Positions 60,355 through 64,000 of a DNA stretch of 64,000 bases are shown one piece after another. Position 1 is the stretch's first letter. Every line of letters begins with the position of its first letter. Source of the stretch: Marsupella aquatica (lineage: Eukaryota; Plantae; Marchantiophyta); the NCBI GenBank assembly GCA_973895155.1, contig OZ316892.1, positions 4,672,510-4,736,509 of the forward strand, written 5' to 3'. The position numbers and the translations under genes were made by a program. The notes under the pieces are model-generated. The model ran no database searches. It saw only the letters and a list, made by a program, of their open reading frames with translations, and had not been told where the DNA came from.

Positions 60355-63300
60355 ATGGCTCCAAGGTTGCCTCTTCACAACCCATTTAGGATTAGGCATC
60401 ATGATTCTAAATTGTGGATGCGTGAACAAGCCCGGGCCGCCCAAGGTAGGAGTAGGAGGATGAGATGCCCATGCACACAGTGCCAAGGATTCAAGTCGTT
60501 GAGTTTGAACACTGTGCACCTTCACCTGCTGCGGCATGAAAGGCACCCTCGGTGGAGGGTTTGGAATGTACCAGTAGAAGAAGACTCCTCTGATGAAGAG
60601 TGGAGAGCTGACTTTGTGGATTCTAATACAGCTAGGCGTAGAGACTACGTAGAGCAGGACATAGACTGTGCAGAGGATGGTCCTGGGGTCCAACATGAGA
60701 ACGTGGATGACCAAGATGGAGATGCAGAGGCAGTCACTGAGGACGGTGGGATGGATGTCCCAAGAATGGTTCAAGAGATTTTTGAAGACCTTGATGCTTT
60801 TTACGACACAGTGGAATCAGAAGAGGACAATGAACCGCAGCCACACATTGGCGACGGCCAAGCTGAACCTGACTTTGACATTGGGGAAGGTGCAGCAGAG
60901 AGGGAGTGGGTGTTTGGGGGCCCAAAACACATCAAAGAAGCTTGCATTCCTATCTACGAGGGGTCGAACTGCTCCAAGCTGGGTTTTGTCGTGTTGTTGT
61001 TGAACATCTGTGGCAATCACAATGTTCCCAATATATTTGTGACAGAGTTGTTGACCTTCCTGCGCCGAAATGTGTTACCAGATGGTAATTCAATTCCAAA
61101 AAATATGTATGAGGCTAGGAAATTGATGTCTAACCTTGGGCTGAACTATGTGTCTATTGACGCATGCCCTGATGGGTGTGTTCTCTTTCACAAAGAGCAT
61201 GCAGATAAATTGACATGCCCTCATTGTGGTAAGCACAGGTACAAGAATGTAGGGAAATGTACACACCCTGCCAAGGTTCTTCGTCATTTTCCTCTCATTC
61301 CTAGACTACAACGTCTGTTTAGATGCCCTGCCCTTTCCAAGCTGATGACATGGACTCCTGATAACAAGAGCAGTGATGGCCTGCAGCGTCACATTGGAGA
61401 TTCCAACCATTGGAAATTTGTTGATGAGAGGTGGCTACAGTTTGCTGCAGAGAAGCGGAACTTTCGATTTGGTCTATCACTGGATGGAGTAAACCCATTT
61501 GGAGACAAAAACAACCGTTATTCATGTTGGCCAGTTACGCTGCTAAATTACAACCTTCCCCCATGGATGACTACAAAGAGGTTTTTTGTCATGATGGTGC
61601 TGTTAATCCCTGGACCAGCTTCTGTGACCGAGCAATTCATAGATATCATGTTGGCTCCAGCAGTGGAAGAGTGGAAGACTTTGTGGATAGAAGGGGTGTT
61701 AACCCATGATGTTCTGAAGGGGCTTCTTCGACCCAGCCCCTTTAGACTGCATGCAATTTGTTTGCTGGATATAGCAGATTACCCAGGCCATGGCATCATA
61801 TCTGGACGAGTGACAAAGGGCTATGTGGGGTGCACACCATGTGGGAAAAATGTGACAAGTGAGTGGTCGCATGCCCTGCACAGTATGAAATTTCAGGGGC
61901 ATAGAAGGTATCTGCCTGTTGATCATCCTTACAGGCACACACGGTCTCAAATTGCACACTTCAACAACAAAACAGAGCTTCGTGGCCCACCACAGAGGGT
62001 CACCAGAGAGCAAGTCCTGAGGTGGGCAGCCAGGAAGGCTGATTGGGACAAGAGAAGTGCCACTGATCGAGAACCTGAGGATCCAGTGGTGAAACACGGT
62101 GTGAAAAGACAGACCTTGATGGACTTGGAGTTGGAGTACTGGAGGGTAATGTACTTAGCCTCCAGCCCCTGTATGATTGCAATTTTAGATTGGAGCAATG
62201 GTGGATTGATGTTGGTTACAATCCTCCTATGTGGTTAATTAGTGTTTCTGTTGTTGAATTCTTTGCTTTGTGGAGTGCAAGAATTCGAGCCCAGCAAACA
62301 CAATGTGGACGTCATGCACATTGAGAAAAATATTTGTGAGAGCTTGCTGAAGTTCTTGTCGGGTGAGAAAGATACAGGAGCAGTTCGAGCTGATATGCAA
62401 CAGAAGGGGATTCGCCCTCACCTTTGGTTGAAGCCCCATGCAAGCAATCCCAATGTACTTCTCAAGTTCCAAGCTCCCTATGTGTGCACACAGGATGAAT
62501 GGAAGACATTCTTGTATAGATTGAGCTGTCTGAAAGTGCCCTCTGGCTATGCTGGTGCCTTCAAGAAGCATATTACAAAGAATAAACTTGGCAGTATGAA
62601 AACACATGACTACCATGTGTTGATGCAGCACATTCTGCCCCTATGCCTCAGAGGTCTCATGCAAAAACCAGTCCGTAATGTCATTCTTCGACTGTGCAAT
62701 GTATTTCGCCGTATATGTGTGAAAGTGTGGGATCCCCAAGGATTGGAGCAGTTGAAGCAGGATGCTGCTTATGTCCTCTGTGACTTGGAGATATACTTCC
62801 CCCCTGCTTTCTTTGATGTTATGACTCATCTCCTAATCCATGTGGTAGAAGAGCTAGGGCAGTATGGGCCAGTCAGTACCAGATGGATGTACCCTATGGA
62901 GCGATACATGAAGTTGTTGAAAGGTCATGTGAGAACATACTATAGGCCAGAGGCTTCCATGGCATTGGGGTACATTAAGGATGAGACGTTGGGATTCCTA
63001 ACAGAGTACATGGCTGGGTCTGGTGAAGCTATGACAAGAGTTTGGAAATCTGGTGAAGATGATGGAGTGAGTGGCGAGGTTGTTGAAGGTGTGGGACGTG
63101 CTGTTCAGCTGCCTATTGCGATTCGAGACAAGGCTCATTCATATGTGCTGGCAAACACAGAGCCTATGCAACCATGGTGGAGGTGAGTGATTGAATTGAC
63201 TTGCCTTTGTTGTGATGCTTCTTGTCTGTTCCAAGGGTGATCTTAGGTTGTCATGTGTTGTTTAGACCTAACTATGCCTGTACCTCATATTGCAGGGAAT

Positions 63301-64000
63301 ATGATATGCAAAAAGCTGCACACTCTGGGCAGCAGGATCCCTTCCCACAGTTCGAGCAGTGGATTCGGGTGACAATTCGAGAGCATAGTAGACATCACCC
63401 AGATATGGAGAAGGATTTGTATCTTCTATCTGTGCCACCACGATTGTCTATTCTGACCTACAAACGGATGAGAGCTTATGGAAATCATTATCGAGTGAGG
63501 GATGAGCAGGGTGACCATTGTGTATCATATGATTGTGGTTTGATTTCTGTGTTTGAGCAGAGAACCTCTGAAGAACAGAGGGGGTGGATGAAGATGGGTT
63601 ACGTGGGGGAGTTGACCGACATTTGGGTGTTGAATTATGGTAACACAAGTGTCCCAGTGATATTGATGAAGGGATCATGGGTGAAATTAGAGTGGCAGAG
63701 ACCAAGGGCCATCATGAAGCGTGATCATGATGGGTTCTTGTTGGCCAATTTTAGGTCCAGAGTACCAGAATGGTATGAGCCTTTTGTTTTCCCTAGCCAA
63801 GTTGAACATGCTTTCTTTGCAGATGTGGAGGAGTCACATGGCTGGAGGGTGGTATGCCATAGCCAAGCACGGAATAGGCGGATGGATGGAAGTAAAGTAG
63901 AGTTCAGTTTGGATGACCATGCTGCATTCGAGCATCCTAGTCATGAGACTGTACTTCCAACTCGGGCAGGGACTGACTACATCCCCTTAACATTGAGAGA
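60355..64000 (+). CDS. CACTA transposase (transposase-associated Zn domain, Transposase_21, DUF4218, DUF4216), 3 exons, runs off window
   Basis: RCPCTQC, IDACPDGCVLF, LRHFPLIPRLQRLF, RNFRFGLSLDGVNPF, YNLPPW, DYPG, DVMHIEKNICE, MKTHDYHVLMQ, FPPAFFDVMTHL, WMYPMERYM, EPFVFPSQV. Introns 62146-62280 (acceptor reads CAA, possibly mutated) and 63183-63295. Confidence 0.93.

Larger units (their letters stand above)
51302..64000 (+). mobile_element. Large CACTA/EnSpm element with cargo genes (right end outside window)
   Basis: Begins CACTAGTAGAAA exactly where the copia fragment breaks; Transposase_21 gene at 60355 onward. Continuity over the intervening 9 kb is inferred. Confidence 0.75.

Overview
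Eukaryotic, intron-containing, TE-dense plant DNA. The plant-type F-box, EDM2-like PHD, copia and CACTA sequences suggest a non-seed land plant such as a bryophyte (inference). 1-30.4 kb is a nest of large DNA transposons: a decayed Sola/DUF7869-type transposase, then a decayed CACTA-like element carrying a SNF2-RING helicase gene. That gene is split by an apparently intact 13,085-bp element (11333-24417) with 26-bp TIRs and a 4-bp ACAG TSD. The element encodes an intact Sola/DUF7869-type transposase and, divergently, a spliced gene with a ParB-like domain and a prokaryote-type amino-methyltransferase-like domain, probably spliced on into an FCP1/NIF HAD phosphatase. Its introns hold palindromic tandem repeats, and a 343-bp MITE of the same family lies at 54817-55159. 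30.4-47.2 kb is host-like: an inverted duplication (F-box gene plus pseudo-copy, two copies of an orphan gene) and a gene with two tandem TALE-type homeodomains. 47.8-51.3 kb is copia/gypsy debris with a SINE and a MITE. From 51302 a CACTA element runs off the window, carrying EDM2-like PHD, tandem BRCT and F-box-like cargo ahead of its Transposase_21 gene. All domain calls are motif recognition by eye, not database searches.
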